NCBI GenBank assembly: GCA_045590395.1
Contig: JAZNQX010000063.1
Coordinates: 5,135-69,134 of the forward strand
Direction of reading: 5' to 3'
DNA from: Acutalibacteraceae bacterium
GTDB lineage: Bacteria; Bacillota; Clostridia; Oscillospirales; Acutalibacteraceae
Length of the DNA: 64,000 bases
The notes beneath the pieces were generated by a model. The model ran no database searches and had not been told where the DNA came from. It saw nothing but the letters and a program-made list of their open reading frames with translations. The translations under genes and the position numbers were made by a program. Below are positions 19,623-30,087 of the stretch, piece after piece. Numbering within the stretch: position 1 is the stretch's first letter; each line of letters opens with the position of its first letter.

Positions 19623-20645
19623 ATGGCTACTGAAATAGGTATAGATTTAGGTTCATCAAAAACGGTTATATTTTCCGACTCTAAAATAGTAATAGAGCAA
19701 CCCAGCCTTGTTACTGTTGATGCCGAAACCTATGCGCCTGTATATTTCGGCGAAAAAGCAAAGCAAACACTTGGCAGAACGCCTGATACTCTTGAGTGTA
19801 TCCATCCTATTCAGCGCGGTCTTATAGCCGACTACGATATTGCTGAGGCCATGATAAAAAACTACACCGAAAAAGCCTTTGGAAACAAAGCCATAAGGCC
19901 TAAGGTAATAGCAACTATTCCTACGGGACTTACCGAGCTTCAGCACCACTCTCTTGCAAATGTTGTTCAGGCGGGCGGCGGCAGAAGTGTTAATGTTATT
20001 GAAGCGCCTATTGCTATTGCCGCAGGGCTTGGAATTGATTTTGAAGCCCCCGGCGGAAATCTTATTGTAGATATCGGCGCAGGTGTAACCGATATTGCCG
20101 TTTTATCCCTTGGCGGTATTGTTTCCTGTGATTCCTTTAAAACTGCATCCTACGATTTTGATGACATTATAGTCAATTATGTAAGAAGAAATCGTAATGT
20201 TGCTATCGGAAAGTTAACGGCTGAAAATATTAAAATACAAATCGGCTCGGTATCAAGCCGTCCTGTTGAGGTTACGGCTATTGCAAAAGGCAGAAATCTG
20301 TTCAGTGGTTTACCCGAGGCATTTGAGATTACTTCGGGTGAAATTTATAAAAAGCTTAACCACACCGCCCTTATAATCTGTAACGCTATCAGAAAGGTTC
20401 TTGAAAGAACTGAGCCTGACTTGGTGGCCGATATCAAGCAGAAGGGACTTCACCTTGTGGGCGGTGGCTCTAAAATTTTTGGAATGGCAGAACTTATTGC
20501 TGAGTATATCGGGGTAGAGGTTATAACCTATGACGAGCCTGAATACAGTCTTGTAAAGGGTGCTGCTATGGCTCTTTCTAAGCCTGAAATACTTAAAAAC
20601 ATTAATTATCAGGAGCGCTCGATAAGAGAACTTGAAATAAGATAA
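19623..20645 (+). CDS. mreB: Rod shape-determining actin homologue (MreB/Mbl family)
   Basis: IGIDLGSSKT, GRTPD..IHPIQRGLIADYD and DIGAGVTDIAV. Confidence 0.9.
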   Translation: MATEIGIDLGSSKTVIFSDSKIVIEQPSLVTVDAETYAPVYFGEKAKQTLGRTPDTLECIHPIQRGLIADYDIAEAMIKNYTEKAFGNKAIRPKVIATIPTGLTELQHHSLANVVQAGGGRSVNVIEAPIAIAAGLGIDFEAPGGNLIVDIGAGVTDIAVLSLGGIVSCDSFKTASYDFDDIIVNYVRRNRNVAIGKLTAENIKIQIGSVSSRPVEVTAIAKGRNLFSGLPEAFEITSGEIYKKLNHTALIICNAIRKVLERTEPDLVADIKQKGLHLVGGGSKIFGMAELIAEYIGVEVITYDEPEYSLVKGAAMALSKPEILKNINYQERSIRELEIR

Positions 20646-20653
20646 AAAAACAC

Positions 20654-20681
20654 TTGACAAATTTGAATTTTGTGATAAAAT
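20654..20681 (+). promoter_or_regulatory. Putative promoter of the infC operon
   Basis: TTGACA, 16 nt, (TGa)TAAAAT. Confidence 0.5.
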
Positions 20682-20689
20682 GATTAGGT

Positions 20690-20820
20690 AAAAAAAGAAG
20701 AACATTCCGTTCTCACCCTAAGGTTAAAGGTCCAAAAGGGTCATAAAGATTACTGAAATTACTATATTTTCGGGTATTTTTGTGCGTGAACGGATTATCG
20801 TTCACGCTTTTGTTTTATTT
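20690..20820 (+). promoter_or_regulatory. Probable L20 leader / attenuator upstream of infC-rpmI-rplT
   Basis: Long untranslated leader ending in the hairpin GCGTGAACG-GATTAT-CGTTCACGC plus TTTTGTTTTATTTT. The position fits the Firmicute L20 autoregulatory leader, but I did not fold the full motif. Confidence 0.45.
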
Positions 20821-20832
20821 TGGAGGTGCGTA

Positions 20833-21354
20833 ATTATCAGCAACAAAGAAGTAGCCATAAATGAGGCAATACGGTTCAGTGAAGTTCGTGTAATTGACAC
20901 AGACGGCAGTCAGCTTGGTATTCTTCCTATTAAAGAAGCCATAGCCGCCGCTTATGAGAGAGAGCTTGACCTTGTTAATATCTCTCCCAATGCAAATCCG
21001 CCTGTATGTAAAATAATGGATTTCGGTAAATACCGTTTTGAACAGGCTAAACGTGAAAAAGAGGCAAAGAAGAACCAGAAAACCTTTGATATCAAAGAAG
21101 TTCGTCTGGGACTTACTATTGACACTCACGACTTTGAAACTAAAGGAAATCAAGCCATCCGTTTTCTTAAAAGCGGTGACAAAGTAAAGGTTTCTATTCG
21201 TTTCCGTGGCAGAGAACTGGGTCATCCCGAAATCGGTCTGGAAACTATGGCAAGGTTTGCTGATTACTGTGCAGAATATGCAAGCGTAGAAAAGCCGGCT
21301 AAAATGGAAGGCAGAAATATGCTTATGTTCCTTGCACCGAAAACCAATAAATAA
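20833..21354 (+). CDS. infC: Translation initiation factor IF-3, with a probable AUU start
   Basis: GGAGG lies 6 nt upstream of the in-frame ATT at 20833. The product begins [24 protein letters not shown] starts are the classical autoregulatory feature of infC. Confidence 0.88.
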   Translation: MISNKEVAINEAIRFSEVRVIDTDGSQLGILPIKEAIAAAYERELDLVNISPNANPPVCKIMDFGKYRFEQAKREKEAKKNQKTFDIKEVRLGLTIDTHDFETKGNQAIRFLKSGDKVKVSIRFRGRELGHPEIGLETMARFADYCAEYASVEKPAKMEGRNMLMFLAPKTNK

Positions 21355-21380
21355 AGCAGACATTAAGAGGAGGATTTATT

Positions 21381-21578
21381 ATGCCTAAGATTAAAACTCA
21401 CAGTGGCGCAAAAAAGCGTTTCAAGCTTACCAAAAACGGTCAGGTTAAACGTGCACATGCGTTCAAGTCTCACATTCTTAACAAAAAAACTTCTAAGCGT
21501 AAGAGAAATCTTCGCAAGACAGTTATTGCTGATGTTACAAACACAGCAACTGTTAAGAGACTGATTCCTTATAAATAA
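21381..21578 (+). CDS. rpmI: 50S ribosomal protein L35
   Basis: [20 protein letters not shown]. Confidence 0.96.
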   Translation: MPKIKTHSGAKKRFKLTKNGQVKRAHAFKSHILNKKTSKRKRNLRKTVIADVTNTATVKRLIPYK

Positions 21579-21612
21579 GGAAAATTAACGAAATTAACGG
21601 AGGTTTCTACAA

Positions 21613-21972
21613 ATGGCTCGTGTTAAAGGTGCGTTAGCTACACGCAAAAGAAGAAAAAAGATTTTAAAACTCTCTAAGGGTTATTTTGGAGCAAAATCAA
21701 AGCTCTTTAAAACTGCTAAAGAAGCAGTTATGAAATCAGGCAACTACGCTTATGTTGGCCGTCGCCTTAAAAAGCGTGATTTCCGTCGTCTTTGGATTAC
21801 AAGAATTTCTGCCGCAGCAAAAATTTGCGGTATGAATTATTCCACCCTGATGAACGGACTTAAGGTTGCAGGTGTGCAGATTAACCGTAAAATGCTGGCT
21901 GAAATTGCAGTTAATGACCCTGAGGGTTTTGCCGCAATTGCAGAGCAGGCTAAAAAAGCTTTAGCGAAGTAA
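21613..21972 (+). CDS. rplT: 50S ribosomal protein L20
   Basis: [26 protein letters not shown]. Confidence 0.96.
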   Translation: MARVKGALATRKRRKKILKLSKGYFGAKSKLFKTAKEAVMKSGNYAYVGRRLKKRDFRRLWITRISAAAKICGMNYSTLMNGLKVAGVQINRKMLAEIAVNDPEGFAAIAEQAKKALAK

Positions 21973-21977
21973 AAATA

Positions 21978-22010
21978 ATCGCCCAAGTTATATCTTGGGC
22001 GAGTTTTTTA
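21978..22010 (+). terminator. Intrinsic terminator after rplT
   Basis: TCGCCCAAG-TTATAT-CTTGGGCGA followed by GTTTTTT. Confidence 0.75.
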
Positions 22011-22033
22011 ATATTATGAGGTGAGAAAAAAGT

Positions 22034-22810
22034 ATGGCTTATACTGAAATAAGCGGTAAGGATAATGTCCGTATTAAGCGTATTGTAAAACTGCAGACTT
22101 CTTCAAGATTCAGACGTGAAGAGGGCTGTTTTGTGCTGGAAGGACTGAGAACTGTAGAGGATGCTTTTTTAAACGGCATAAAGCTTTTAGAGTTCTATTT
22201 TACTGCATCCGCTTTTGATAAACACAGCTCTGATATTGAAAAATTCGCCCAAAATGCTGCTTTTGTTGCGCAAATCAGCGATTCTGTTTCGAAAAATATT
22301 TCCGATACCTTTACCCCTCAGGGCATATTTGCTGTTGCAGGTATTCCCGAGAGGGTTGAGGAAATTACCGAAAAGGGTAAATATATTGCCCTTGAGAATA
22401 TGCAGGACCCTGCTAATCTTGGCGCTGTTGCCCGTTCGGCAGAGGCGCTGGGTATTGACGGAATTATTTTGTCAAACGATTGTTGCGACCCATTCAGCCC
22501 CAAGTCACTCAGAGCGTCTATGGGAACACTACTTCGAATGCCGCTTATTTTTACCGACGATATCGCTCAGCTTCTTAAAAAGACTACGGCGTCTTCCTAT
22601 GCCTGTGTAGTGGATAGTGATGCCGAAAAAATCGGCTCTCTGTCTTTTAATAATTTTTCAATAGCCGTTATAGGTAACGAGGCTAACGGTCTTACCGAAA
22701 AGACAAAAGATGCTTGCGATATGGAGGTCACCATTCCTATGAAGGGCAGAGCGGAATCACTTAACGCCGCGGCTGCGGCTTCCATAGTGATGTGGGAGAT
22801 GGTCAAGTGA
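22034..22810 (+). CDS. TrmH/SpoU-family RNA 2'-O-methyltransferase
   Basis: SPOUT motifs: DPANLGAVARSAEALG, VIGNEANGL and ESLNAAAAASI. Confidence 0.85.
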   Translation: MAYTEISGKDNVRIKRIVKLQTSSRFRREEGCFVLEGLRTVEDAFLNGIKLLEFYFTASAFDKHSSDIEKFAQNAAFVAQISDSVSKNISDTFTPQGIFAVAGIPERVEEITEKGKYIALENMQDPANLGAVARSAEALGIDGIILSNDCCDPFSPKSLRASMGTLLRMPLIFTDDIAQLLKKTTASSYACVVDSDAEKIGSLSFNNFSIAVIGNEANGLTEKTKDACDMEVTIPMKGRAESLNAAAAASIVMWEMVK

Positions 22811-24003
22811 TTTATTGGATTTGGCTTCAGAAGGCACTCTCTCAGGGAAGTGACCGTTTAAATTATATTTTGGATAAATTTCCCTCTGCAAAGGCAGTTT
22901 ATACTGCAGGTGACGAGGGCCGCGCCGCTTCGGGAATATTCAACGAGAGGGAGCTTCGTCTTATGCGAAGCACCACTCTTGAAAGTGCTAAAAAGATATA
23001 CGACACCTGTCTTAGAGAAAATATAACCGTTATTACTCCCGAGTCAGAGGTTTATCCGAGTATTTTAAGAAATATTCCCGACCCTCCCTTTGTTTTGTAC
23101 GCAAAGGGTAGATTTCCTGATTTTGACAGAGAACCTGCTATGTGTATAGTGGGGCCGAGAGAGGTTAGCAATTACGGTTATAAATGCGCTTACTCCCTGT
23201 CAGGCAGACTTTGTCGCGGTGGCTTTATAATAGTCAGTGGCGGAGCAAAAGGCTCGGATTTCGCGGCGCATACGGGCGCTTTGCTTAACGGCGGTATTAC
23301 CGTAGCAATACTTGCAAACGGTTTTGGTGACGATTATTTAAAGCAGAATGAGGCACTTCGTAAAGATATTCTTGAAAAAGGCTGTCTTATTACCGAGTAT
23401 CCGCCCTATACTCCCGTCACAAAGTCGTCATTCAGAGTCAGAAACCGACTTATGTCGGGACTTTCCCACGGTGTTATTATTGTTGAGGCGCGTGAGAAAA
23501 GCGGAACTATTATTACTGCAAACAGAGCAGTAGAACAAAATAAAGATTTGTTTGTTATCCCGGGGAATCCGGGTCTTCCTCAGTACGAAGGCTCAAACAA
23601 ATTAATTAAAGACGGCGCTAAGCCGCTTATTGACCTTTCGGATATATTTTCGGAATATGAAACCAAGCTTCACGGTAAAATAGATATAAACAAAGCAAAC
23701 GCTCAGCCACTTGCCAAAATGAGCGAATATACCTATAAAGTCGAAAACACCGAAAAGGCTCAAAAGGAAAGACCTGTTTTACAAAAAACTAAAGTAAAAA
23801 GAGAATTTTCTAAAAAAATTTTGCCTGAACATCTTTCCAAAAACGCAAAAATAATATATAATCAATTAGATAAGCAAATTTTCACCTGTGATGATTTGCT
23901 CAGTCCCGAACTTAATTCGAACGATATACTGTCGGCGCTGGGTGAACTGGAGCTTTACGGTTTTTTAAGCTCTATACCCGGAGGTCGTTATACTTTAAAA
24001 TAA
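22792..24003 (+). CDS. dprA: DNA-processing protein DprA (Smf)
   Basis: Rossmann-like DprA core (VSGGAKGSDFAAHTGAL, RNRLMSGLS). GTG start; an alternative GTG lies at 22807. Confidence 0.85.
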   Translation: MGDGQVIYWIWLQKALSQGSDRLNYILDKFPSAKAVYTAGDEGRAASGIFNERELRLMRSTTLESAKKIYDTCLRENITVITPESEVYPSILRNIPDPPFVLYAKGRFPDFDREPAMCIVGPREVSNYGYKCAYSLSGRLCRGGFIIVSGGAKGSDFAAHTGALLNGGITVAILANGFGDDYLKQNEALRKDILEKGCLITEYPPYTPVTKSSFRVRNRLMSGLSHGVIIVEAREKSGTIITANRAVEQNKDLFVIPGNPGLPQYEGSNKLIKDGAKPLIDLSDIFSEYETKLHGKIDINKANAQPLAKMSEYTYKVENTEKAQKERPVLQKTKVKREFSKKILPEHLSKNAKIIYNQLDKQIFTCDDLLSPELNSNDILSALGELELYGFLSSIPGGRYTLK

Positions 24004-24022
24004 GAAAATAAGGAGAAAATAA

Positions 24023-26113
24023 ATGTCTAAACTTGTTATTATCGAGTCCCCCGGTAAACTCAAAAGTATTCAGAAATACCTTGGAAGCGATTATACAGTA
24101 ATGGCTTCTAAAGGTCATGTAAGAGATTTACCTAAAAACAAAATGGGCATTGATATAGAAAAAGGCTATTTACCTCAGTATCTTGAGATGAGTGATAAAA
24201 AAGAGCTAATCAAGAAACTCCGCGAAGCTGCCGCAAACAGTGATGCTGTGTATCTTGCAACCGACCCTGACCGTGAGGGTGAGGCTATTTCCTGGCATCT
24301 TGCTCAACTTCTGGCTCTTGATATGGAATCTCCTATCCGCGTTTGTTTTAACGAAATAACCAAAACAGGCGTAGATGCAGGTATGAAACAGCCTAAAAAG
24401 ATAAATATAAACCTTGTTGACGCTCAGCAGGCAAGACGAGTTCTTGACAGAATTGTTGGCTATAAATTAAGCCCGTTCCTTTGGAAAAAGGTTAAACGCG
24501 GTTTGTCGGCAGGTCGTGTTCAGTCTGTTGCACTAAAGCTGGTTGTTGACAGAGAAAGAGAAATTGAAAAGTTTATACCCGAAGAATACTGGACTATTGA
24601 CGCCAAGCTTTCAAAGCAGAAGAACATTATTGCTAAGTTCTACGGCACTGCAAACGGCGAAAAGCTGAATGTAGGCAGTGAAGCGGAAGCGGTAGCAATA
24701 GTTGAAGCTTCAAAGCAAGCCCAGTTTACCGTTTCTTCTATTAAAAAGGGCGTTCGCAAAAAGCAACCCCTGCCTCCCTTTATTACCTCAACTCTTCAAC
24801 AGGAGGCGGCAAGAAAGCTTAACTTTACAGGTCTTAAGACCATGCGTATAGCACAACAGCTTTACGAAGGCGTTGAAATAGCAGGAGAGGGCAGTACAGG
24901 TCTTATCACCTATATGAGAACCGACTCTCTGCGAATTTCTGCTGAAGCAGGAGCGGCTGCTTTAAAATATATAAGCTCTGTTTACGGCGAAAAGTATGCG
25001 CCTAAGAAACCGAGAGTATATAAATCAAAAAGCGGTGCTCAGGACGCTCACGAGGCTATAAGACCCACTCTTATTGACCTTACACCCGAAAAGGCAAAGG
25101 CTTCCCTGACAACAGACCAGTATAAGCTCTATAAGCTTATTTGGGAGCGCTTTATGGCAAGTCAGATGGAAAACTGTCTGCAGGATACCGTTTCGGTTGA
25201 TATTATTGCAGGTGAATATCTATACAGAGCAAGTGGCTATACCGTTAAATTTGACGGCTTCACCGTGCTTTATGATGATATTAAGGATAGTGACGACGAG
25301 GGTGAGGTATCATTACCCGAACTAATTGAAGGCGAAGTACTTAAATGCAAGTCGGTTACACCTGCGCAGCATTTTACTCAGCCCCCTGCGCGCTATAATG
25401 AATCTACACTTACAAAGGCTCTTGAAGAAAACGGCATAGGCCGTCCTTCTACCTATGCTCCCATAATTTCAAATATAGTTCAGCGTGATTATATTGAGAA
25501 AGAAAAGAAGGCATTTAAGCCAACACAGCTTGGTATGATAGTGACCGACCTTATTGCAGAGCACTTTAAAAAGATAGTTGACGTTAAGTTTACTGCAGGT
25601 ATGGAGCAGAGCCTTGATAAAATTGATGAAGGAAAGTTAGGCTTTACCGAAACCGTTGACCGCTTCTATAAAGACTTTGCCGTTACACTTAAAAAAGCTG
25701 AGGATTCTATGAATGGTGTTAAGGTTAAGGTGCCTGACGAGGAAACCGATGTGGTTTGCGAAAACTGTGGCAGAAAAATGGTGGTTAAAAGCGGAAGATT
25801 CGGCAAGTTTCTTGCTTGTCCGGGTTATCCCGAATGTAAAACCACCAAGCCTATGCCGGAGGAAAAAATAACTCAGCCCTGTCCTAAGTGCGGTGGAGAG
25901 CTTGTCAAGCGTGTTTCTAAGAAAACAGGCAAAAAGTTCTACGGCTGTTCAAAATATCCCGAGTGTGATTTTGCCGCTCCCGGACTTCCCTCAGGTGAGG
26001 TTTGCAGTGAATGCGGTTCTTATATCCTGCTGGGACTCAGGGGCAGAAAATACTGTATGAATGCCGCTTGTTCTACAAGAGCAAAAGCAAAAAGTAAAAA
26101 AGATGAAAAATAG
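24023..26113 (+). CDS. topA: DNA topoisomerase I
   Basis: TOPRIM ([20 protein letters not shown]), active-site region YMRTDS and C-terminal Zn fingers. Confidence 0.96.
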   Translation: MSKLVIIESPGKLKSIQKYLGSDYTVMASKGHVRDLPKNKMGIDIEKGYLPQYLEMSDKKELIKKLREAAANSDAVYLATDPDREGEAISWHLAQLLALDMESPIRVCFNEITKTGVDAGMKQPKKININLVDAQQARRVLDRIVGYKLSPFLWKKVKRGLSAGRVQSVALKLVVDREREIEKFIPEEYWTIDAKLSKQKNIIAKFYGTANGEKLNVGSEAEAVAIVEASKQAQFTVSSIKKGVRKKQPLPPFITSTLQQEAARKLNFTGLKTMRIAQQLYEGVEIAGEGSTGLITYMRTDSLRISAEAGAAALKYISSVYGEKYAPKKPRVYKSKSGAQDAHEAIRPTLIDLTPEKAKASLTTDQYKLYKLIWERFMASQMENCLQDTVSVDIIAGEYLYRASGYTVKFDGFTVLYDDIKDSDDEGEVSLPELIEGEVLKCKSVTPAQHFTQPPARYNESTLTKALEENGIGRPSTYAPIISNIVQRDYIEKEKKAFKPTQLGMIVTDLIAEHFKKIVDVKFTAGMEQSLDKIDEGKLGFTETVDRFYKDFAVTLKKAEDSMNGVKVKVPDEETDVVCENCGRKMVVKSGRFGKFLACPGYPECKTTKPMPEEKITQPCPKCGGELVKRVSKKTGKKFYGCSKYPECDFAAPGLPSGEVCSECGSYILLGLRGRKYCMNAACSTRAKAKSKKDEK

Positions 26114-27395
26114 TATTACGGTTATCGGCGCAGGTCTTGCAGGCTGTGAAGCCGCCTGGCAGATAGCAAACAAGGGTATAAAGGTAACACTTTATGAAAT
26201 GAAGCCCCTTTATAAAAGCCCTGCCCATAAAAGCGATATGTTTGCCGAGCTTGTGTGCTCTAATTCTCTTAAAGCATCTCGTATTGACTCTGCGGCAGGT
26301 CTTTTAAAGGAAGAAATGCGAAGAATGGGCTCTTTGTGTCTTGAGGCGGCTGAGAGTTCTTCGGTTGCCGCAGGTGGCGCTTTAGCTGTTGACAGAGAGC
26401 ATTTTTCAGAGTTTATTACCGAAAAAATTAAGAATCATCCTAATATTGAGGTAATAAATGAGAAGATTGACGAAATAAAGAATGACGGCATTTGTATTAT
26501 AGCCACAGGCCCACTGACCGATGAAAAATTGGCTGAAGATATAGGCAGATACTGTGACACGGAAAACTTAAGTTTTTACGATGCCGCCGCGCCTATTGTA
26601 ACTAAAGAAAGCATTGATATGTCCAAAGCCTTTTTTGCCGCAAGGTATGGCAAAGGCGGCGACGACTATATAAACTGCCCCTTTAATAAGGCGGAATATG
26701 AGCTTTTTTATAACGAGCTTATAAACGCTGAGGGCGCACCTCTTAAAGAGTTTGATAAGCCATTTACGGTTTATGAGGGCTGTATGCCTATTGAGGTACT
26801 GGCAAAACGCGGTAACGATTCAATTCGCTTTGGCCCTATGAAGCCTGTAGGACTTACCGACCCCAGAACAAATCATCGTCCCTGGGCGGCTGTTCAGCTT
26901 AGAAAAGAAAATAATGACGGCACTCTTTATAATATCGTGGGTTTTCAGACCAACCTTAAATTTGGTGAGCAAAAAAGGGTATTTTCGCTTATTCCCGGCC
27001 TTGAAAATGCTGAATTCGTACGCTTTGGTGTTATGCACAGGAATACCTTTATAAATTCCCCAAAGCTTTTAAATAAGGATTTATCTTTAAGACAAAATTC
27101 CGATATATTTTTTGCAGGTCAGATAACCGGTGTTGAAGGTTATATGGAATCAGCCGCTTGCGGTATTGTGGCAGGTAAAAATGCTGTTGCCCGTCTTGAA
27201 AATAGCCAAGCGTTAATACTTCCAAGCTATACAATGACAGGTGCTCTACTCGGTTACATAACCGACCCCACAGTAGTTAATTTACAGCCTATGGGCGCTA
27301 ATTTCGGTATACTTCCCGCACTTGAAAATCATATAAGAGATAAACGGGAAAGATATGCCGCGCTGGCTGAGAGAAGTCTTTCTTGGTTTAAATAA
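26103..27395 (+). CDS. trmFO: Methylenetetrahydrofolate--tRNA-(uracil54-C5)-methyltransferase TrmFO
   Basis: The start is at [19 protein letters not shown], overlapping the topA end. Conserved dprA-topA-trmFO synteny. Confidence 0.93.
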   Translation: MKNSITVIGAGLAGCEAAWQIANKGIKVTLYEMKPLYKSPAHKSDMFAELVCSNSLKASRIDSAAGLLKEEMRRMGSLCLEAAESSSVAAGGALAVDREHFSEFITEKIKNHPNIEVINEKIDEIKNDGICIIATGPLTDEKLAEDIGRYCDTENLSFYDAAAPIVTKESIDMSKAFFAARYGKGGDDYINCPFNKAEYELFYNELINAEGAPLKEFDKPFTVYEGCMPIEVLAKRGNDSIRFGPMKPVGLTDPRTNHRPWAAVQLRKENNDGTLYNIVGFQTNLKFGEQKRVFSLIPGLENAEFVRFGVMHRNTFINSPKLLNKDLSLRQNSDIFFAGQITGVEGYMESAACGIVAGKNAVARLENSQALILPSYTMTGALLGYITDPTVVNLQPMGANFGILPALENHIRDKRERYAALAERSLSWFK

Positions 27396-27409
27396 GAGGA
27401 GGAAGAAAA

Positions 27410-28405
27410 ATGAGAGTTGTTATAGATGCTTTTGGCGGAGATTTTGCTCCTGCCGCGCCTATTGAGGGCGCCGCCCTTGCTCAGAAAGAGCTTGGCGTTG
27501 GTATTGTACTTACGGGTAATGAGGAAATAATCCGTAATTATATTAAAGAGCATAATGTTCAGTTTACCGACCTTGAAATAGTAAATACCACCGACGTTAT
27601 TTCTATGCACGATGAACCTACTTCACTTTTAAAGGCGCATAAAGAGTCCTCTATGGCTGTTGCCTTTAAAAAACTTGCCGATGATGAGGCAGATGCCTTT
27701 GTATCTGCAGGAAGTACAGGCGCTGTGGTTGTAGGCGGTACTCTTATTGTTAAAAGAATTAAGGGTGTAAAGCGTCCTGCTCTTGCCTCTATGATTCCAT
27801 CTCCTTCATCCTCTTATATGCTTATGGATATGGGGGCTAATGCAGAATGTCGCCCCGAAATGCTTCAGCAGTTCGGTATTATGGCAAGTGCCTATCTTAA
27901 AAGGGTAGAGGGCAGAAGCAATCCTAAAATTGCTCTGCTTAATATAGGAACTGAGGATTCTAAGGGCGGTGAGCTTCAGCAGGAAGCCTATAAGCTTTTA
28001 GAAAAAGCACCCATAAACTTTGTGGGTAATATTGAATCACGCGAAATGCCTAAGGGTAATGTTGACGCTGTTATTGCCGACGGCTTTACAGGTAATATTG
28101 CGCTGAAACTTATAGAGGGTACAGCCATTACCTTCTTCAAAATGGTAAAGGGCGTACTTTACAAAAACCTTATAAATAAACTTGCGGCGCTGGTTCTTAA
28201 AAAGGATTTATACTCTCTCAAAAGTATGATGGACAGCTCTGAGGTAGGCGGTGCTCTGCTTCTGGGTGTTAAAAAGCCTGTAATTAAAGCGCACGGAAAC
28301 TCTGATGCAAAGGCAATTAAAAATGCTATAAGACAGGCTAAATACTTTTATGATGGCAAGGTTATTGAAAGTATAAGTCAGGGCCTTGAGGCTGTTGAGG
28401 AATAA
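27410..28405 (+). CDS. plsX: Phosphate acyltransferase PlsX
   Basis: MRVVIDAFGGDFAP..., GFTGNIALK. Confidence 0.93.
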   Translation: MRVVIDAFGGDFAPAAPIEGAALAQKELGVGIVLTGNEEIIRNYIKEHNVQFTDLEIVNTTDVISMHDEPTSLLKAHKESSMAVAFKKLADDEADAFVSAGSTGAVVVGGTLIVKRIKGVKRPALASMIPSPSSSYMLMDMGANAECRPEMLQQFGIMASAYLKRVEGRSNPKIALLNIGTEDSKGGELQQEAYKLLEKAPINFVGNIESREMPKGNVDAVIADGFTGNIALKLIEGTAITFFKMVKGVLYKNLINKLAALVLKKDLYSLKSMMDSSEVGGALLLGVKKPVIKAHGNSDAKAIKNAIRQAKYFYDGKVIESISQGLEAVEE

Positions 28406-28406
28406 A

Positions 28407-29087
28407 ATGAAAAGATTAGAAGAAAACATAAAATATTCTTTTAAAAATATAGCACTTCTTGAAAATGCGCTCAGCCATTCTTCTTATGCAAATGAAAAGC
28501 ACTTAAAATACGGCTCTAATGAGCGTCTTGAGTTTTTGGGTGATGCAGTGCTGTCGGTAATAGTTGCCGATTATCTCTTTAAAAACTTTTCGGATAAGCC
28601 AGAGGGAGAACTGACAAAGCTTCGCGCATCCCTTGTTTGCGAGAAATCACTTTGTGGCTTTGCCCGTAGCTTAGAGCTTGGAAAATTCCTGCTTCTTGGT
28701 CGCGGTGAAGAGCAAAACGGCGGCAGAGAAAGAGATTCTATACTTGCCGATGCCTTTGAAGCGGTACTTGCCGCAGTGTATCTTGACGGCGGAATGGAAG
28801 CGGCAAGGGAATATGTACTCCATTTTATTATTGAGGAACTTTCTCACACAGAGGACGAAGCCTTCCATGACTACAAAACTATTCTTCAGGAAGTAATACA
28901 AAGAAATCCTGAAGAGCGACTTTCTTATGTTTTGTGCTCTGAGAGCGGTCCTGACCATAATAAATCCTTTACTGTGGAAGTGTACCTTAACTCAAATGTT
29001 ATAGGTAGCGGTACAGGTAAAACCAAAAAGAGAGCAGAGCAGATGGCCGCAAAGGATGCTCTTAAACTGATGGGAATAGAACCGTAA
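28407..29087 (+). CDS. rnc: Ribonuclease III
   Basis: Signature NERLEFLGDAVL plus a C-terminal dsRBD. The ATG at 28407 follows the plsX stop. Confidence 0.93.
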   Translation: MKRLEENIKYSFKNIALLENALSHSSYANEKHLKYGSNERLEFLGDAVLSVIVADYLFKNFSDKPEGELTKLRASLVCEKSLCGFARSLELGKFLLLGRGEEQNGGRERDSILADAFEAVLAAVYLDGGMEAAREYVLHFIIEELSHTEDEAFHDYKTILQEVIQRNPEERLSYVLCSESGPDHNKSFTVEVYLNSNVIGSGTGKTKKRAEQMAAKDALKLMGIEP

Positions 29088-30085
29088 TGGCAAAACACGC
29101 TAATATTTCCTTTTTCGTGCCGCATCTGGGCTGCAGTAACCGTTGTAGCTTTTGTAACCAGAACTCTATAACGGGTAAGGTAAGTCTGCCCGATAAGGCA
29201 GAAATAGATACTGCCGTAGAAATAGCCAAAAAAAGCCCAAAATATTCAGCTCAGGATACCGAAATTGCCTTTTTCGGCGGCAGTTTTACGGCAATTGACA
29301 GAGAGTATATGATGTATTTACTGTCCTGCGCTAATGTTTATGTTAAGGACGGTACGGTTAAAGGTATCAGGGTTTCAACCCGACCTGACGCTATAAACTG
29401 CCGGGTGCTTGATATTTTAAAGCAGTACGGTGTTACGGCTATTGAGCTTGGGGCACAGAGTACCGACGAAAATGTGCTTTTATTAAATAAAAGAGGGCAC
29501 AGCGCTGAGGATATTTTTAAGGTATCAGCCCTTATAAAGAGTTACGGCTTTTCTCTCGGTCTTCAGATGATGACGGGACTTTACGGCGCAACGGCTGAAA
29601 AGGACGCAAAAACGGTAGAGGATTTTATAAAAATTGCCCCGGATACCGTTAGAATTTACCCCACAATAGTGCTTAAAAAGACTGCTCTTGCTTTGCTTGT
29701 GGAAAAAGGCGAGTATCAGCCACCGTCCCTTGAAGAGTCGATTGAAAACTGCTGTGAATACTATAAACGCTTTAATGATAACGGGATTAGCGTTATACGG
29801 CTGGGGCTTCATCATATTGATGAAGAAGACTTTGTTGCAGGGCCGTGGCATCCTGCGTTCAGTCAGCTTTGTATGTCAAAAATCTGCTTTGAAAAGGTAA
29901 AAGAAAAACTAAGTAACAATACGGGAGATTATACCGTTTATGTTAACCCTGCAGAGATTTCAACCTTTGTAGGACAAAAAAGAAGTAATTTAACAAAATT
30001 TAAAGATATGGGATTTAATGTACGGATATCGGGTGATGAAAATATAAGCAATAACGATTTCCGTATAGAAAGGGAAGTGAAATAG
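29087..30085 (+). CDS. Radical SAM protein (ELP3-like radical SAM core without an acetyltransferase domain)
   Basis: The CSNRCSFCN motif (CxxxCxxC) lies near the N-terminus. Confidence 0.8.
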   Translation: MAKHANISFFVPHLGCSNRCSFCNQNSITGKVSLPDKAEIDTAVEIAKKSPKYSAQDTEIAFFGGSFTAIDREYMMYLLSCANVYVKDGTVKGIRVSTRPDAINCRVLDILKQYGVTAIELGAQSTDENVLLLNKRGHSAEDIFKVSALIKSYGFSLGLQMMTGLYGATAEKDAKTVEDFIKIAPDTVRIYPTIVLKKTALALLVEKGEYQPPSLEESIENCCEYYKRFNDNGISVIRLGLHHIDEEDFVAGPWHPAFSQLCMSKICFEKVKEKLSNNTGDYTVYVNPAEISTFVGQKRSNLTKFKDMGFNVRISGDENISNNDFRIEREVK

Positions 30086-30087
30086 GT

